A DNA stretch of 32,000 nucleotides from Flavobacteriaceae bacterium (GTDB lineage: Bacteria; Bacteroidota; Bacteroidia; Flavobacteriales; Flavobacteriaceae): NCBI GenBank assembly GCA_965224465.1, contig OZ245049.1, forward strand, positions 3,510,001 to 3,542,000, given 5' to 3'. The position numbers and the translations under genes are program-made. The notes below the pieces were generated by a model. That model saw only the letters and a program-made list of their open reading frames with translations. It had not been told where the DNA came from and did not search any database. Shown here piece after piece: positions 1 through 9,573 of this stretch (position 1 is the first letter of the stretch; each line of letters begins with the position of its first letter).

Positions 1-1467
1 CACACTCATTAGGGCTAAAAATAACAAAGGAAATGTCATGCTCCTAGGAGATTCATGCGGTGTGTGTGCGTATGTTGTTTTTTTACCGTGAAAAATATTG
101 AAATACAAGCGGAACATATAAAAGGCAGTTAATCCAGCAACAAATAATCCAACGCCATACAATAATTTACTATGCTCGAATGCAGCGACTAAAATCTCGT
201 CTTTAGACCAGAAACCTGAAAAAGGAGGGATGCCAGAAATGGATAAAGCTGCAATTAGAAAGGTGATATGTGTAATGGGCATGTATTTTTTTAAGTTTCC
301 CATATCGCCCATCATATTGCTATGCACGGCATGGATTACAGAACCTGCGGCTAAGAATAATAAGGCCTTGAACATGGAGTGGGTAAATAAATGAAACATA
401 GAAGCCATGTATCCAATTCCTTCGTGACCATCGTATCCAGAAACACCTAAAGCCATCATCATATATCCAATTTGTGACATGGTAGAAAATGCCAATACAC
501 GTTTAATATCGTGTTGAGTAATGGCAATAATGGCAGCAAATAAAGAAGAAAATCCACCTACATAAGCTACAATATTAAGCGCGAATCCATCTTCGATAAA
601 ATAGTACATAGGAAAGAGTCGAGCGACTAAAAAGACGCCTGCAACTACCATTGTAGCAGCGTGAATTAATGCAGAAACAGGGGTGGGACCTTCCATGGCG
701 TCTGGTAGCCAAATATGTAAAGGAAACATCGCCGATTTTCCAGCACCTCCAATAAAAATTAGAAGCAATGCCCATGTGAATACAGACAGTCCCATAAAGG
801 AAGTAGATGCCCAATTAAGAATCACTTCTCCTGCTGGATTGTTTAAGGTTTCAAAGTCAAAAGTACCTGCATAAAACCCAATGGTGATGATTCCAATAAG
901 GAAAAATAAATCAGCAAAACGAGTGACAATAAAGGCTTTTTTTGCCGCCATTATAGCCGATGGTTTTGTGTAATAATAACCTATTAGTAAAAAAGAAGAT
1001 ACACCTACTAATTCCCAAAAAATATAAATTTGGAAGAGGTTGGTTGACAATACCAATCCCAGCATGGAAAAGGTAAAAAGAGATAAAAATGCGAAAAACT
1101 TAGTGTATCCTTGATCTCCTTTCATATAGCCTCTACTGTAAATATGAACGACTAGAGAAATGGTTGATACTACAATCAACATCATTATAGATATAGGATC
1201 TATTAAAATACCCATGTCTATATGCAAGGTGTCTGTAAAGTGCATCCATACCGTCTTGTATATTATCTGTTGGTATGCTCCATCTAATTTTACAGTGGTA
1301 AAAAAGTACTTGTAGGCAGTGTAATAAGATAGGAGGGCGCTAGCCAATAATCCGAAGACTCCTATATATCCAGAAACAGCAGGTTTTATTCGTTTGTAAT
1401 TGAGTCCTAGAATCAAGAAAACTACAAACGGAATAAGTGGTATTAATATGGTATAACTAAAGTTCAT
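1..1467 (-). CDS. nuoL: NADH-quinone oxidoreductase subunit L, N-terminal 489 codons (C-terminus lies beyond the window start)
   Basis: Hand translation from ATG at 1467: MNFSYTILIPLIPFVVFLILG... The frame stays open to base 1. Polytopic antiporter-like sequence (WELVGVSSFLLIGYYY, HAATMVVAGVFL). It follows nuoK by 6 nt. Confidence 0.85.
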   Translation of the reverse strand, partial: MNFSYTILIPLIPFVVFLILGLNYKRIKPAVSGYIGVFGLLASALLSYYTAYKYFFTTVKLDGAYQQIIYKTVWMHFTDTLHIDMGILIDPISIMMLIVVSTISLVVHIYSRGYMKGDQGYTKFFAFLSLFTFSMLGLVLSTNLFQIYIFWELVGVSSFLLIGYYYTKPSAIMAAKKAFIVTRFADLFFLIGIITIGFYAGTFDFETLNNPAGEVILNWASTSFMGLSVFTWALLLIFIGGAGKSAMFPLHIWLPDAMEGPTPVSALIHAATMVVAGVFLVARLFPMYYFIEDGFALNIVAYVGGFSSLFAAIIAITQHDIKRVLAFSTMSQIGYMMMALGVSGYDGHEGIGYMASMFHLFTHSMFKALLFLAAGSVIHAVHSNMMGDMGNLKKYMPITHITFLIAALSISGIPPFSGFWSKDEILVAAFEHSKLLYGVGLFVAGLTAFYMFRLYFNIFHGKKTTYAHTPHESPRSMTFPLLFLALMSV

Positions 1468-1473
1468 GAGCTA

Positions 1474-1791
1474 TCAATATTTTAATGTGGTTGTGTCCTC
1501 AACTTCAACCGAAGTGATGTGTCTATACAAATTAATAATAATGGCGATGGCCAATGCTGTTTCTGCAGCAGCCACTGCGATGATAAATATTCCAAATACA
1601 GCGCCTTCTAATTGGTTAGGAAACATGTATTTGTTAATCACTACAAAGTTTACAACGGTAGCGTTTAAGATCAATTCGATGGACATCAAGACAGAAATTA
1701 GATTTTTTCTGGTGATAAAACCATAAATACCAATAAAAAACAATAGGGTAGTGAGGCTGAGTATTTCGTAGATGCTGACTCCTAAAATCAT
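1474..1791 (-). CDS. nuoK: NADH-quinone oxidoreductase subunit K
   Basis: 105-aa three-TM protein with a conserved membrane Glu (AAETALAIAII). Sits between nuoJ and nuoL with a 4-nt overlap to nuoJ. Confidence 0.9.
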   Translation of the reverse strand: MILGVSIYEILSLTTLLFFIGIYGFITRKNLISVLMSIELILNATVVNFVVINKYMFPNQLEGAVFGIFIIAVAAAETALAIAIIINLYRHITSVEVEDTTTLKY

Positions 1792-2312
1792 AGTTTTGAT
1801 GCTTTTTTATCGGTTAGTTTGTTGTTTTTGGCAACAATTATAGCGCCTATCATAGTTGCGAGTAATAAGATACTAATGACTTCAAAGGGCAATATAAAAC
1901 CGCCTTCTCCTACACTCAAGAATTTTTCTCCAAGGGTAGAAACTTCAATGGCATTGTAATTTTCAATAACCTTAAAATTATGCGTCCATATCACATATAA
2001 AAAAGTACCTGTTCCTGCCAAGCAAAGTAGCCCCGTAATTATTTTTCGGAATGGTTTTGCCATTTCCAATTCCATTTCTATATGATGAATTAAGAACACA
2101 GAGAAAATAACTAAGATAATAACCCCTCCAGCATATACGGTGAGTTGTATGGCTGCAAGAAAATTATAATCTAAAAGAAAATAGATGCCCGCTATCCCCA
2201 TAAGTACAAATAGCAAATAAATCACGGAACGCAGCATTTTTTTGCTCGTAACCGATGCAATGGCCATTCCTATAATAACAATTGCTAGGATGTAAAATAT
2301 AATTTGTTCCAT
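1788..2312 (-). CDS. nuoJ: NADH-quinone oxidoreductase subunit J
   Basis: 174-aa polytopic protein at the nuoJ position in the operon. Confidence 0.85.
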   Translation of the reverse strand: MEQIIFYILAIVIIGMAIASVTSKKMLRSVIYLLFVLMGIAGIYFLLDYNFLAAIQLTVYAGGVIILVIFSVFLIHHIEMELEMAKPFRKIITGLLCLAGTGTFLYVIWTHNFKVIENYNAIEVSTLGEKFLSVGEGGFILPFEVISILLLATMIGAIIVAKNNKLTDKKASKL

Positions 2313-2315
2313 AGT

Positions 2316-2792
2316 TTAATCTTCTACGCCAGGTTGTAGTTTGGAGCCTGGCTTGTTTAATACACGTGTTAAATGTTTTCTGTCGTAAACAGAATTCTCG
2401 AAATTTTGCCCCCAAATAATTGCGTCCGTAGGGCAAGCCTCTATACAAAGTCCGCACATGGTACACATTCCTAAATGATAAATATGTTGGTCTATTTTTT
2501 TCTTCTTTTTACCCGTCTCTGGATTTATTGCTCTGTCCCAAATAATTTCGATGGTTCCATTTGGACAGGCAATTTCACATTTTTGACATCCAGTACAGCG
2601 GTGTTCGTTGTTTGTATCATGTGGCATAATTACTTCTCCTCTAAATCGATCGAACATTTTTAATGTCTCTCTATTTTCTGGGTATTGTTGTGTAATTGCA
2701 CCTGAACGGGCTTTTAATAAATACTTTCCGGTAACACGCATACCTGCAAGTAATGTTTTTATCCCATTGTATATGTCAGAAAAATAACTCAT
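2316..2792 (-). CDS. nuoI: NADH-quinone oxidoreductase subunit I (2x[4Fe-4S])
   Basis: Two ferredoxin motifs: CTGCQKCEIACP and CTMCGLCIEACP. Start trimmed to ATG 2792 (MSYFSDIYNG...), just after the nuoH stop at 2798. The 237-aa track ORF is an upstream run-on inside nuoH. Confidence 0.9.
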   Translation of the reverse strand: MSYFSDIYNGIKTLLAGMRVTGKYLLKARSGAITQQYPENRETLKMFDRFRGEVIMPHDTNNEHRCTGCQKCEIACPNGTIEIIWDRAINPETGKKKKKIDQHIYHLGMCTMCGLCIEACPTDAIIWGQNFENSVYDRKHLTRVLNKPGSKLQPGVED

Positions 2793-2797
2793 AATTC

Positions 2798-3862
2798 TTA
2801 AAATTGAATGGTTAGGTTTTGCCAAACGATGAATGCCATAAGGACAATATTCATTAAGTTTAACGGTAGTAAATATTTCCATTCCAAGGTTAATAATTGG
2901 TCGATGCGCAACCGAGGAAATGTCCATCGGAACCACATCATTAAAATAATGATAAGGAATGTTTTGAGTCCAAACCAAAAGATACCTAATATAGGAATGG
3001 ATGCTGTAATGCCAAAGGGAGATAACCAAGCGCCAAAGAAAACCGTAGTGCCAATGGCTGCAATGATAAACATATTAATGAATTCTGCTAAAAAGAAATA
3101 AGCGAATTTCATTCCCGAATATTCGGTATGGAAACCTGCACCTAATTCTGATTCCGCTTCGACCAAATCAAAGGGAGCACGATTTGTCTCTGCAGTTCCA
3201 GCAATCATATATATCATAAAAGCGATAAGTGCTGGGATGTGTCCTTGGACGATAAGCCAACCGTTTTTTTGTACTTCTACTATTTCAGAGAGTTGTAAAG
3301 AACCACTGATTAAAACCATGGTTAATAAAGATAATCCTACTGATAACTCGTAACTAATAGTTTGAACGCCACTTCGCATGGCGCCAATTAAGGCAAATTT
3401 ATTATTGCTTGCCCAACCTCCTAATAAGATGCCAATGACTCCGATAGAGGAGATAGCGATTAAAAAGAAAATTCCAATATTGATGTCAAAGGCTTGAAAT
3501 TCTTCCGAGAAAGGAAAAACGGATAAGGCTAATAAGGCGGTGATAATTGGAAAATAAGGAGCTAGATTGAATAAAAATTTGTCGGCATTGTCTGTAATTG
3601 TTAATTCTTTAGAGACTAATTTTAAGGCATCTGCCATGGTTTGTAAGAGCCCTTTGTAGCCTACTCGATTTGGACCTAGACGCAATTGAAACCAAGCGGC
3701 TACTTTGCGTTCTAGCAATACAAGGTATAATCCAGCGATGGCAAATAGTGCTAAATACACGGTGGCAATCAATATCATTTCTACGATACTTGCCACTCCC
3801 TCCGGCATAAGATTAAAAAGCCAATCGTGTATGTTTTTTGTGATGGATAATGGTATTTTCAC
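2798..3862 (-). CDS. nuoH: NADH-quinone oxidoreductase subunit H
   Basis: 354-aa polytopic protein with the NuoH/ND1 signature (RKVAAWFQLRLGPNRVGYKGLLQTMADALKL; EAESELGAGFHTEYSG). Confidence 0.92.
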   Translation of the reverse strand: MKIPLSITKNIHDWLFNLMPEGVASIVEMILIATVYLALFAIAGLYLVLLERKVAAWFQLRLGPNRVGYKGLLQTMADALKLVSKELTITDNADKFLFNLAPYFPIITALLALSVFPFSEEFQAFDINIGIFFLIAISSIGVIGILLGGWASNNKFALIGAMRSGVQTISYELSVGLSLLTMVLISGSLQLSEIVEVQKNGWLIVQGHIPALIAFMIYMIAGTAETNRAPFDLVEAESELGAGFHTEYSGMKFAYFFLAEFINMFIIAAIGTTVFFGAWLSPFGITASIPILGIFWFGLKTFLIIILMMWFRWTFPRLRIDQLLTLEWKYLLPLNLMNIVLMAFIVWQNLTIQF

Positions 3863-3942
3863 TTGTAATTAATTTAAATTATTAGTGTTCTTTTTTTATA
3901 AAACAATCAAATTATAACATGTAGGGCTGTTTAAATAATGTC

Positions 3943-5064
3943 TTATCGGTCTATATCTGGTACTACAATGTCTAAGGTGGCCATGCTTGCTACTAGATCT
4001 CCAATTTTCCCGCCTGTTGCAATATGATTTAAAAGAGATAAGTTAGAAAGTCCTGGAGATCTAAATTTTACACGGTACGGATTTTTTGTTCCTGTACTGT
4101 TAATGTAAACGCCTAATTCTCCTCTAGCCGTTTCTACTTTTTGATAAAATTCACCTTTTGGGAGTTTGATAACTGCCTTGGTCGTGACTTTAAAATCTCC
4201 TGAAGGAATGTTGTCTATCAATTGCTCAATAATGGCCATGGATTCCCACATTTCTTGAATTCTTACTTGGTAGCGAGCAAAGGTATCTCCCTCGGTTTTT
4301 AATGATTCATTAAATTTCACTTGGGTGTAAGCACTATAAGGGTGGTGTTTTCTAATGTCACAAGAATATCCAGAAGCACGTCCTACAGGTCCAGATGCTC
4401 CAAAAGAGATCGCATCTTCTTTGCTTAAAATCCCAACACCTTTGGTTCTTTTTTGAAAGATAATATTGTTTGTTAATAAGGTGTCATATTCAGGTAATTT
4501 TGTTTTGAAATGGATGATAAAATCCTTGACACGTTGCACAAAGTTTGGATGAATATCAAACATAAGTCCTCCAGGGAGGTTGTAGTTCATAGTTAAGCGA
4601 GCGCCACAGGTTTCTTCAAAAATATCATTGATCATTTCGCGGTCTCGGAATCCATAAAAATAGGTAGTTAATGCTCCTACGTCCATTCCCATAACTCCCC
4701 ACCATAAATTGTGAGAAGCAATTCGCGTGAGTTCAGAAATAATTGTACGAATTACTTTTACGCGTTCAGGAACTTCAATTCCCAAGGCATTTTCTACTGT
4801 TAAACAAACAGCTTCGTTGTTGATATGAGAAGATAAATAATCCATCCTGTCGGTTAAATGTACAATTTGCTGATAGCTATCACGCTCGCACATTTTTTCA
4901 ATAGAACGGTGAATATAGCCTAGATCTGGTTCTACATTTTTTATAGTTTCGCCATCAATAGTCAATATCAATCGGAGCACGCCATGGGTTGCTGGATGCT
5001 GAGGTCCCATATTGATAAAATACTCTTCTGTTTTTATATTTTTATTTGTTGGGTCTGTAATCAT
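3943..5064 (-). CDS. nuoD: NADH-quinone oxidoreductase subunit D (49 kDa)
   Basis: GPQHPATHGVLRL near the N-terminus and a C-terminal ...LDIVVPDIDR. 373 aa. Confidence 0.92.
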   Translation of the reverse strand: MITDPTNKNIKTEEYFINMGPQHPATHGVLRLILTIDGETIKNVEPDLGYIHRSIEKMCERDSYQQIVHLTDRMDYLSSHINNEAVCLTVENALGIEVPERVKVIRTIISELTRIASHNLWWGVMGMDVGALTTYFYGFRDREMINDIFEETCGARLTMNYNLPGGLMFDIHPNFVQRVKDFIIHFKTKLPEYDTLLTNNIIFQKRTKGVGILSKEDAISFGASGPVGRASGYSCDIRKHHPYSAYTQVKFNESLKTEGDTFARYQVRIQEMWESMAIIEQLIDNIPSGDFKVTTKAVIKLPKGEFYQKVETARGELGVYINSTGTKNPYRVKFRSPGLSNLSLLNHIATGGKIGDLVASMATLDIVVPDIDR

Positions 5065-5071
5065 TACTAAA

Positions 5072-5569
5072 TTATTTAATAATCATATTAGCTTCGTCTA
5101 CATAGTCTTTTCTCAAAGGGAATCCCTCCCAGTTTTCTGGCATAAATAGACGTTTCAAATTTGGATGGTTGTTAAATTTCACGCCAAAAAAATCAAAAAC
5201 TTCCATTTCATGAAATTCAGCCGTTGCCCATAAATCACTAACGGAATCAAAGCTTGGGTTTTCTCGATCATCGGTGTTTACTTTTACAACCAATTGATGT
5301 CTGAATGTCGTAGATTCTAAATGGTAAATCACTCCTAATTCTTTTCCCCAATCCATTCCTGTTAAGCAGAACAAATAATCAAATTTGGTGGCTGTATCGT
5401 TTTTTAATTGTTCCATTAATACATGTAGCTGTGCGGGGGCTACGTTAATGGTTAAAAATTGCGTGTTTTCTTCTGTGAATTCGAGTTCAGGAATCCAGCC
5501 ATTTATCAAGGTTTGTAAATCGGTATTTATCATGATTTTCGAATTATTTTCCTTCATCAAATCCATCAA
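5072..5569 (-). CDS. nuoC: NADH-quinone oxidoreductase subunit C (30 kDa)
   Basis: [39 protein letters not shown] motif. The true start may be an internal Met (about 5533), which would avoid overlap with nuoB. Confidence 0.85.
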   Translation of the reverse strand: MMDLMKENNSKIMINTDLQTLINGWIPELEFTEENTQFLTINVAPAQLHVLMEQLKNDTATKFDYLFCLTGMDWGKELGVIYHLESTTFRHQLVVKVNTDDRENPSFDSVSDLWATAEFHEMEVFDFFGVKFNNHPNLKRLFMPENWEGFPLRKDYVDEANMIIK

Positions 5570-6128
5570 TAGGATTTTTTTTATGTTTTAAACTTTCGGT
5601 GCGTATCTTGTCCTGTAACATTAACATGCCTTCCAACAGTGCTTCTGGTCTTGGTGGGCAGCCTGGGACATATACGTCTACGGGGATTACATGGTCAGCT
5701 CCTTTGATTACTGAATAAGAATTGTAGAAAAAAGGGCCTCCAGAAATGGCACATGCTCCCATAGCAATCACGTACTTTGGTTCTGCCATTTGGTCGTATA
5801 ACCGCCTTAAAACAGGTGCCATTTTATTGACAATAGTTCCTGCAATAATAATTAAATCAGCTTGTCTAGGAGAGGGGCGTGCGACTTCAAATCCAAAACG
5901 TGAATAATCGTGTCTGGCAGCACCGGTTTGCATCATTTCAATGGCGCAGCAACTGGTTCCAAAATACAAAGACCATAAAGAATTAGACCGTCCCCAATTG
6001 ATGACTTTGTCTAATGTTGTTATGACCACATTGGCTCCGTTTCCTCCAGGGATTACCTTTCCAGGGAAGTCTGCTGGTATTTGGTTGTTCTCTTTTGTTA
6101 GTCCCATTTTAATGCGCCTTTTTTCCAT
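5544..6128 (-). CDS. nuoB: NADH-quinone oxidoreductase subunit B (20 kDa, N2 cluster)
   Basis: [20 protein letters not shown] and [11 protein letters not shown] cluster-ligand motifs. Alternative start at 6107 (MGLTKENN). Confidence 0.92.
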   Translation of the reverse strand: MEKRRIKMGLTKENNQIPADFPGKVIPGGNGANVVITTLDKVINWGRSNSLWSLYFGTSCCAIEMMQTGAARHDYSRFGFEVARPSPRQADLIIIAGTIVNKMAPVLRRLYDQMAEPKYVIAMGACAISGGPFFYNSYSVIKGADHVIPVDVYVPGCPPRPEALLEGMLMLQDKIRTESLKHKKNPIDGFDEGK

Positions 6129-6448
6129 GCATATCCTAAACCTAGTCCTAGGATACTAAGGAAGATTAATATTTCGATAAATGCTATTCCACCGGTTGCT
6201 TTAAATACCACAGCCCAAGGGACTAAAAAAGCAACTTCGATGTCAAAAATTAAGAAAAGTATAGCATATAAATAATAGCTTACTTTAAATTGGACCCACG
6301 TAGGACCAATGGTTTTCATGCCGCTTTCGTAAGGTTCTCGTTTTTGGGGATTATCGGATTTATGTGAGATTAAATTCGATAAAAAATTCGCACCAGCAAC
6401 AAGTACAATTCCAGCAATTAGGAATACGATTATAGCTTCTGAGCCCAT
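6098..6448 (-). CDS. nuoA: NADH-quinone oxidoreductase subunit A
   Basis: 116-aa three-TM protein, first gene of the operon ([12 protein letters not shown]...[15 protein letters not shown]). Confidence 0.88.
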   Translation of the reverse strand: MGSEAIIVFLIAGIVLVAGANFLSNLISHKSDNPQKREPYESGMKTIGPTWVQFKVSYYLYAILFLIFDIEVAFLVPWAVVFKATGGIAFIEILIFLSILGLGLGYAWKKGALKWD

Positions 6449-6497
6449 GTTGTTGTATTTTTTTTAAGATTGATGACCAATAGTTGACACTAAAGGT

Positions 6498-6524
6498 AAA
6501 AAAAAAGGGTGACTATCGCCACCC
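6498..6524 (-). terminator. Rho-independent terminator downstream of korB
   Basis: Minus strand reads GGGTG-GCGATAGT-CACCC followed by a run of 9 T. It begins 10 nt after the korB stop and separates korAB from nuoA. Confidence 0.6.
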
Positions 6525-6533
6525 TTCTTTAAA

Positions 6534-7544
6534 CTATTTAACTTCGTAGGTTTCTCCAGAGAAAAACAAATCATCTAATTTTTTGAATTTTGAATTTGCT
6601 TTAACCTCTGCGGTGAGTGCATTTTCTCGTTCTTCTAAGGTGACATCGTCGTACGCTCTTATGATACCTGTAATTAATGGATAGGATAGTTTAACTAGCA
6701 TACCATGTAAGGTTGTGTCTTCACATTTGGCATCGTGTATTAACAAGTCTGCTTCTGTGATGTTATTCTCTCCAATGGTAACAACTTCTAATTTAAGTCC
6801 GTTTAAAACAAGTCCTTTGTTTTTATCTGTTCCAAAAATCATTGGTTTTCCATGTTCAACAAATAGTTGTTTGTCTGCCCGTACTTTTCTGTCGGTCAGG
6901 TGTGTAAAACAACCATCGTTAAAGATAACGCAATTTTGTAAAATTTCGATCAAGGAGGTTCCTTTGTATTTTTCAGCTTCAATAAATAAAGCGGTCATTT
7001 CCTTAGGGGTGTTTCCTCCAATACGTGCAAAAAATCGAGCCTGTGCACCCAATGCCAATTCTCCAGGAGAAAATGGTTGTTGTGTGTTTCCGTAAGGTGA
7101 TGATTTTGTTTTTTGTCCAATTAATGATGTTGGTGAAAACTGACCTTTGGTTAATCCGTAGATTTCATTGTTGAATAGTAATATATTCAAGTCTAAATTT
7201 CTTCGTAAGATATGGATAAAATGATTTCCTCCAATAGCCATGGAATCTCCATCACCAGTAGCTATCCAAACGCTTAGGTCTGGATTGACTAGTTTTATTC
7301 CACTGGCGATCCCTGGGGCTCTACCGTGAATAGAGTGCATTCCGTAAGTATCCATATAATATGGGAAACGAGAGGAACATCCAATACCTGAAATAAATAC
7401 AACGTTTTCTTTTTTAACGCCCATTTCTGGAAGCGCTTTTTGCATGGCTCTTAAAATAACGTAATCGTCACAACCTGGACACCAACGTACTTCTTGGTCA
7501 CTTGCAAAATCTTTAAATGTATATTTTTTTACTGCTGTTTCCAT
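6534..7544 (-). CDS. korB: 2-oxoglutarate (2-oxoacid):ferredoxin oxidoreductase, beta subunit (TPP-binding)
   Basis: WCPGCDDY, GIGCSSRFPYY and GDGDSMAIGGNH thiamine-PP motifs. 336 aa, 2 nt after korA. Confidence 0.88.
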   Translation of the reverse strand: METAVKKYTFKDFASDQEVRWCPGCDDYVILRAMQKALPEMGVKKENVVFISGIGCSSRFPYYMDTYGMHSIHGRAPGIASGIKLVNPDLSVWIATGDGDSMAIGGNHFIHILRRNLDLNILLFNNEIYGLTKGQFSPTSLIGQKTKSSPYGNTQQPFSPGELALGAQARFFARIGGNTPKEMTALFIEAEKYKGTSLIEILQNCVIFNDGCFTHLTDRKVRADKQLFVEHGKPMIFGTDKNKGLVLNGLKLEVVTIGENNITEADLLIHDAKCEDTTLHGMLVKLSYPLITGIIRAYDDVTLEERENALTAEVKANSKFKKLDDLFFSGETYEVK

Positions 7545-7546
7545 GG

Positions 7547-9406
7547 TTATGAATTTGAAAGTTGTTTGAATTTTTCAATTAACTCATTGTTTCCAAATGG
7601 TAATCCTTGCATTTTATGGAATTCCGAGAATTTGAATTGATCTAAAGTGCTTTTTAAAATACTAGCAAACTGACCTCTATTTAATTCGCAAACAACGATT
7701 TTTTTATACTTAGAAAATATATCTGCGGTGTTTTTTGGCAACGGGTTGATATAATTAAAATGTGCCAATCCAATATTTTCGTTTCCGTTGTCTGTCATTT
7801 CTTTTACTGCGGAGTGAAGTGAACCATAAGTTCCTCCCCATCCTACAACTAATAGTTCTCCTTTTTGAGCAAATTCTGCTTTTATTTCAGGGATGTAATT
7901 GGCGACTCTTTCAATTTTTTCTGCTCTTATGCTAGTCATCAACTCATGGTTGTTTGGTGCATAGGAAATATCACCCGTAATACGGTCTTTTTCCAACCCA
8001 CCTACTCGGTGTTCTAGTCCTGGAGTTCCTGGTATTGCCCAAACACGTGCTAGAGATTCTTCATCTCTGTCATAAGGATGCCAGTTTTCTGTTGGCTTTT
8101 CTTTTTTGTGATGGGTGATTTTTGGTAAGTCAGCAACTGATTTTATTTTCCAAGGAGCAGATCCGTTTGCAATATACCCATCGGTTAATAAAATAACAGG
8201 TGTCATGTGTTCCAAAGCCAATTTAGCAGCTTGGAATGCGTAATCAAAACAGTTGGCAGGTGTGCTTGCTGCAATTACAATTACAGGGCTTTCTCCATTA
8301 CGACCATACATGGCTTGTAATAAATCTGACTGCTCCGTTTTGGTTGGTAATCCTGTAGAGGGACCTCCACGTTGTACATTTACAATTACCAAAGGTAATT
8401 CCGTCATCATGGCCAATCCGATGGCTTCTCCTTTTAAGGCAAGTCCTGGTCCGGAGGTGGTTGTGATGGCTAGGTTTCCAGCAAAAGAGGCTCCGATTGC
8501 AGAACAAATTCCTGCAATTTCATCTTCTGCTTGAAAAGCTCTGACTCCGAAGTGCTTGTGTTTTGCCAGCTCGTGCAAAATATCTGTAGCAGGAGTAATA
8601 GGGTATGAGCCTAAAAATAATTCCAATCCACTCTTTTCAGCAGCTGCCAAGAATCCCCATGCAGTAGCGGTATTACCCATTACAATTCTGTATGTTCCTG
8701 GATCCATTTTGGCAGGAGTAATGGTATACGAATTTGGTATTAATTCTAAGGTTTCTGCAAAGAAATATCCTGCATTTAATACTTTCGTATTTGCTTGGAC
8801 GATGTGTGGCTTGCTCTTAAATTTTTTCTTTAAAAAATCTATGGTATGTTGAATAGATCTATCATACATCCAGTATACCATTCCTAAAGCAAACATGTTT
8901 TTACTTCGGGTAATACTTTTGTTGTCTAGACCTTCTATGTCTTTTACAGCCTCTTTGGTTAGGGAGGTCATAGATACTTCTATAACTCGGTAGTTATCTA
9001 AACTTCCATCTTCCAAAGGGTTGGTCTCGTACAATGCTTTTATTAAGTTTTTTTTGCTAAAAGCATCCGTGTCTACAATTACTGTATGCCCTGGTTTTAA
9101 GGCGTCAATATTTGTTTTTAATCCTGCGGGATTCATGGCTACTAGTAAATCAAGATTGTCTCCTGGTGTACTAATGGCTACGCTTCCAATATGTACTTGG
9201 AATCCCGATACGCCATACAAGCTCCCTTGTGGAGCTCTAATTTCGGAGGGATAGTTTGGGAATGTTGCAATGTCATTTCCAAACATGGCAGAGGTATCAG
9301 AAAACTGAGTTCCTGTCAACTGCATTCCGTCTCCAGAGTCACCAACGAAACGTATAACAACCGCTTCAAGTGCTTCGGGCTGGTGCTTTGTTTTCTCTGT
9401 ATTCAT
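7547..9406 (-). CDS. korA: 2-oxoglutarate (2-oxoacid):ferredoxin oxidoreductase, alpha subunit
   Basis: 619 aa with a fused gamma/alpha-type architecture (GDSGDGMQLTG..., YPITPATDILH, RGGPSTGLPTKTEQSDL). Paired with korB. Confidence 0.88.
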   Translation of the reverse strand: MNTEKTKHQPEALEAVVIRFVGDSGDGMQLTGTQFSDTSAMFGNDIATFPNYPSEIRAPQGSLYGVSGFQVHIGSVAISTPGDNLDLLVAMNPAGLKTNIDALKPGHTVIVDTDAFSKKNLIKALYETNPLEDGSLDNYRVIEVSMTSLTKEAVKDIEGLDNKSITRSKNMFALGMVYWMYDRSIQHTIDFLKKKFKSKPHIVQANTKVLNAGYFFAETLELIPNSYTITPAKMDPGTYRIVMGNTATAWGFLAAAEKSGLELFLGSYPITPATDILHELAKHKHFGVRAFQAEDEIAGICSAIGASFAGNLAITTTSGPGLALKGEAIGLAMMTELPLVIVNVQRGGPSTGLPTKTEQSDLLQAMYGRNGESPVIVIAASTPANCFDYAFQAAKLALEHMTPVILLTDGYIANGSAPWKIKSVADLPKITHHKKEKPTENWHPYDRDEESLARVWAIPGTPGLEHRVGGLEKDRITGDISYAPNNHELMTSIRAEKIERVANYIPEIKAEFAQKGELLVVGWGGTYGSLHSAVKEMTDNGNENIGLAHFNYINPLPKNTADIFSKYKKIVVCELNRGQFASILKSTLDQFKFSEFHKMQGLPFGNNELIEKFKQLSNS

Positions 9407-9498
9407 AATTTGTTTTAATTTATGTAAAATTACGTAATTAGTTTGAACTAGATATTTATGTTGATGTCAAATGTAGATGTAGTTTTTAGTTTGCACAA

Positions 9499-9510
9499 TG
9501 ACAATTGTCA
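9499..9510. promoter_or_regulatory. Perfect 12-bp palindrome TGACAATTGTCA in the korA/ferredoxin divergent intergenic region (candidate operator)
   Basis: Read directly. It is flanked by CACAAT/CACAATT half-repeats and lies 23 bp upstream of the candidate -7 box of the ferredoxin gene. Confidence 0.3.
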
Positions 9511-9532
9511 CAATTATGTCACTTAATTCTTC

Positions 9533-9540
9533 TAAATTTG
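9533..9540 (+). promoter_or_regulatory. Candidate Bacteroidota sigma-A -7 box (TAAATTTG = TAnnTTTG) for the ferredoxin gene
   Basis: Matches the TAnnTTTG consensus, 34 nt upstream of ATG 9574. Confidence 0.4.
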
Positions 9541-9573
9541 TATTGAATAATCAACGAAAAATACTACATAATT

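Noticed and set aside
575-874. Track ORFs 575-814 (-) and 683-874 (+) inside the nuoL region. Similar short ORFs lie in or opposite other genes: 1466-1726, 2164-2466, 2475-2663, 2808-3101, 5385-5591, 5941-6159, 6715-7095, 8253-8852, 9021-9418, 9688-9888, 10638-11957, 15144-15326, 18868-19677, 19925-20284, 20435-20889, 22574-22792, 23061-23258, 24154-24351, 24729-24953, 25153-25356, 27373-27558, 27821-28144, 28244-28438, 28854-29042, 31539-31787.
   Set aside because: They overlap, in another frame or antisense, genes with strong family signatures. Their products are low-complexity or Cys/Arg-rich nonsense typical of out-of-frame reads of AT-rich coding DNA.
2316-3029. 237-aa version of the nuoI ORF, extending 237 nt into nuoH.
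   Set aside because: The N-terminal extension has no NuoI similarity and lies wholly inside nuoH. ATG 2792, directly after the nuoH stop, gives a normal 158-aa NuoI.
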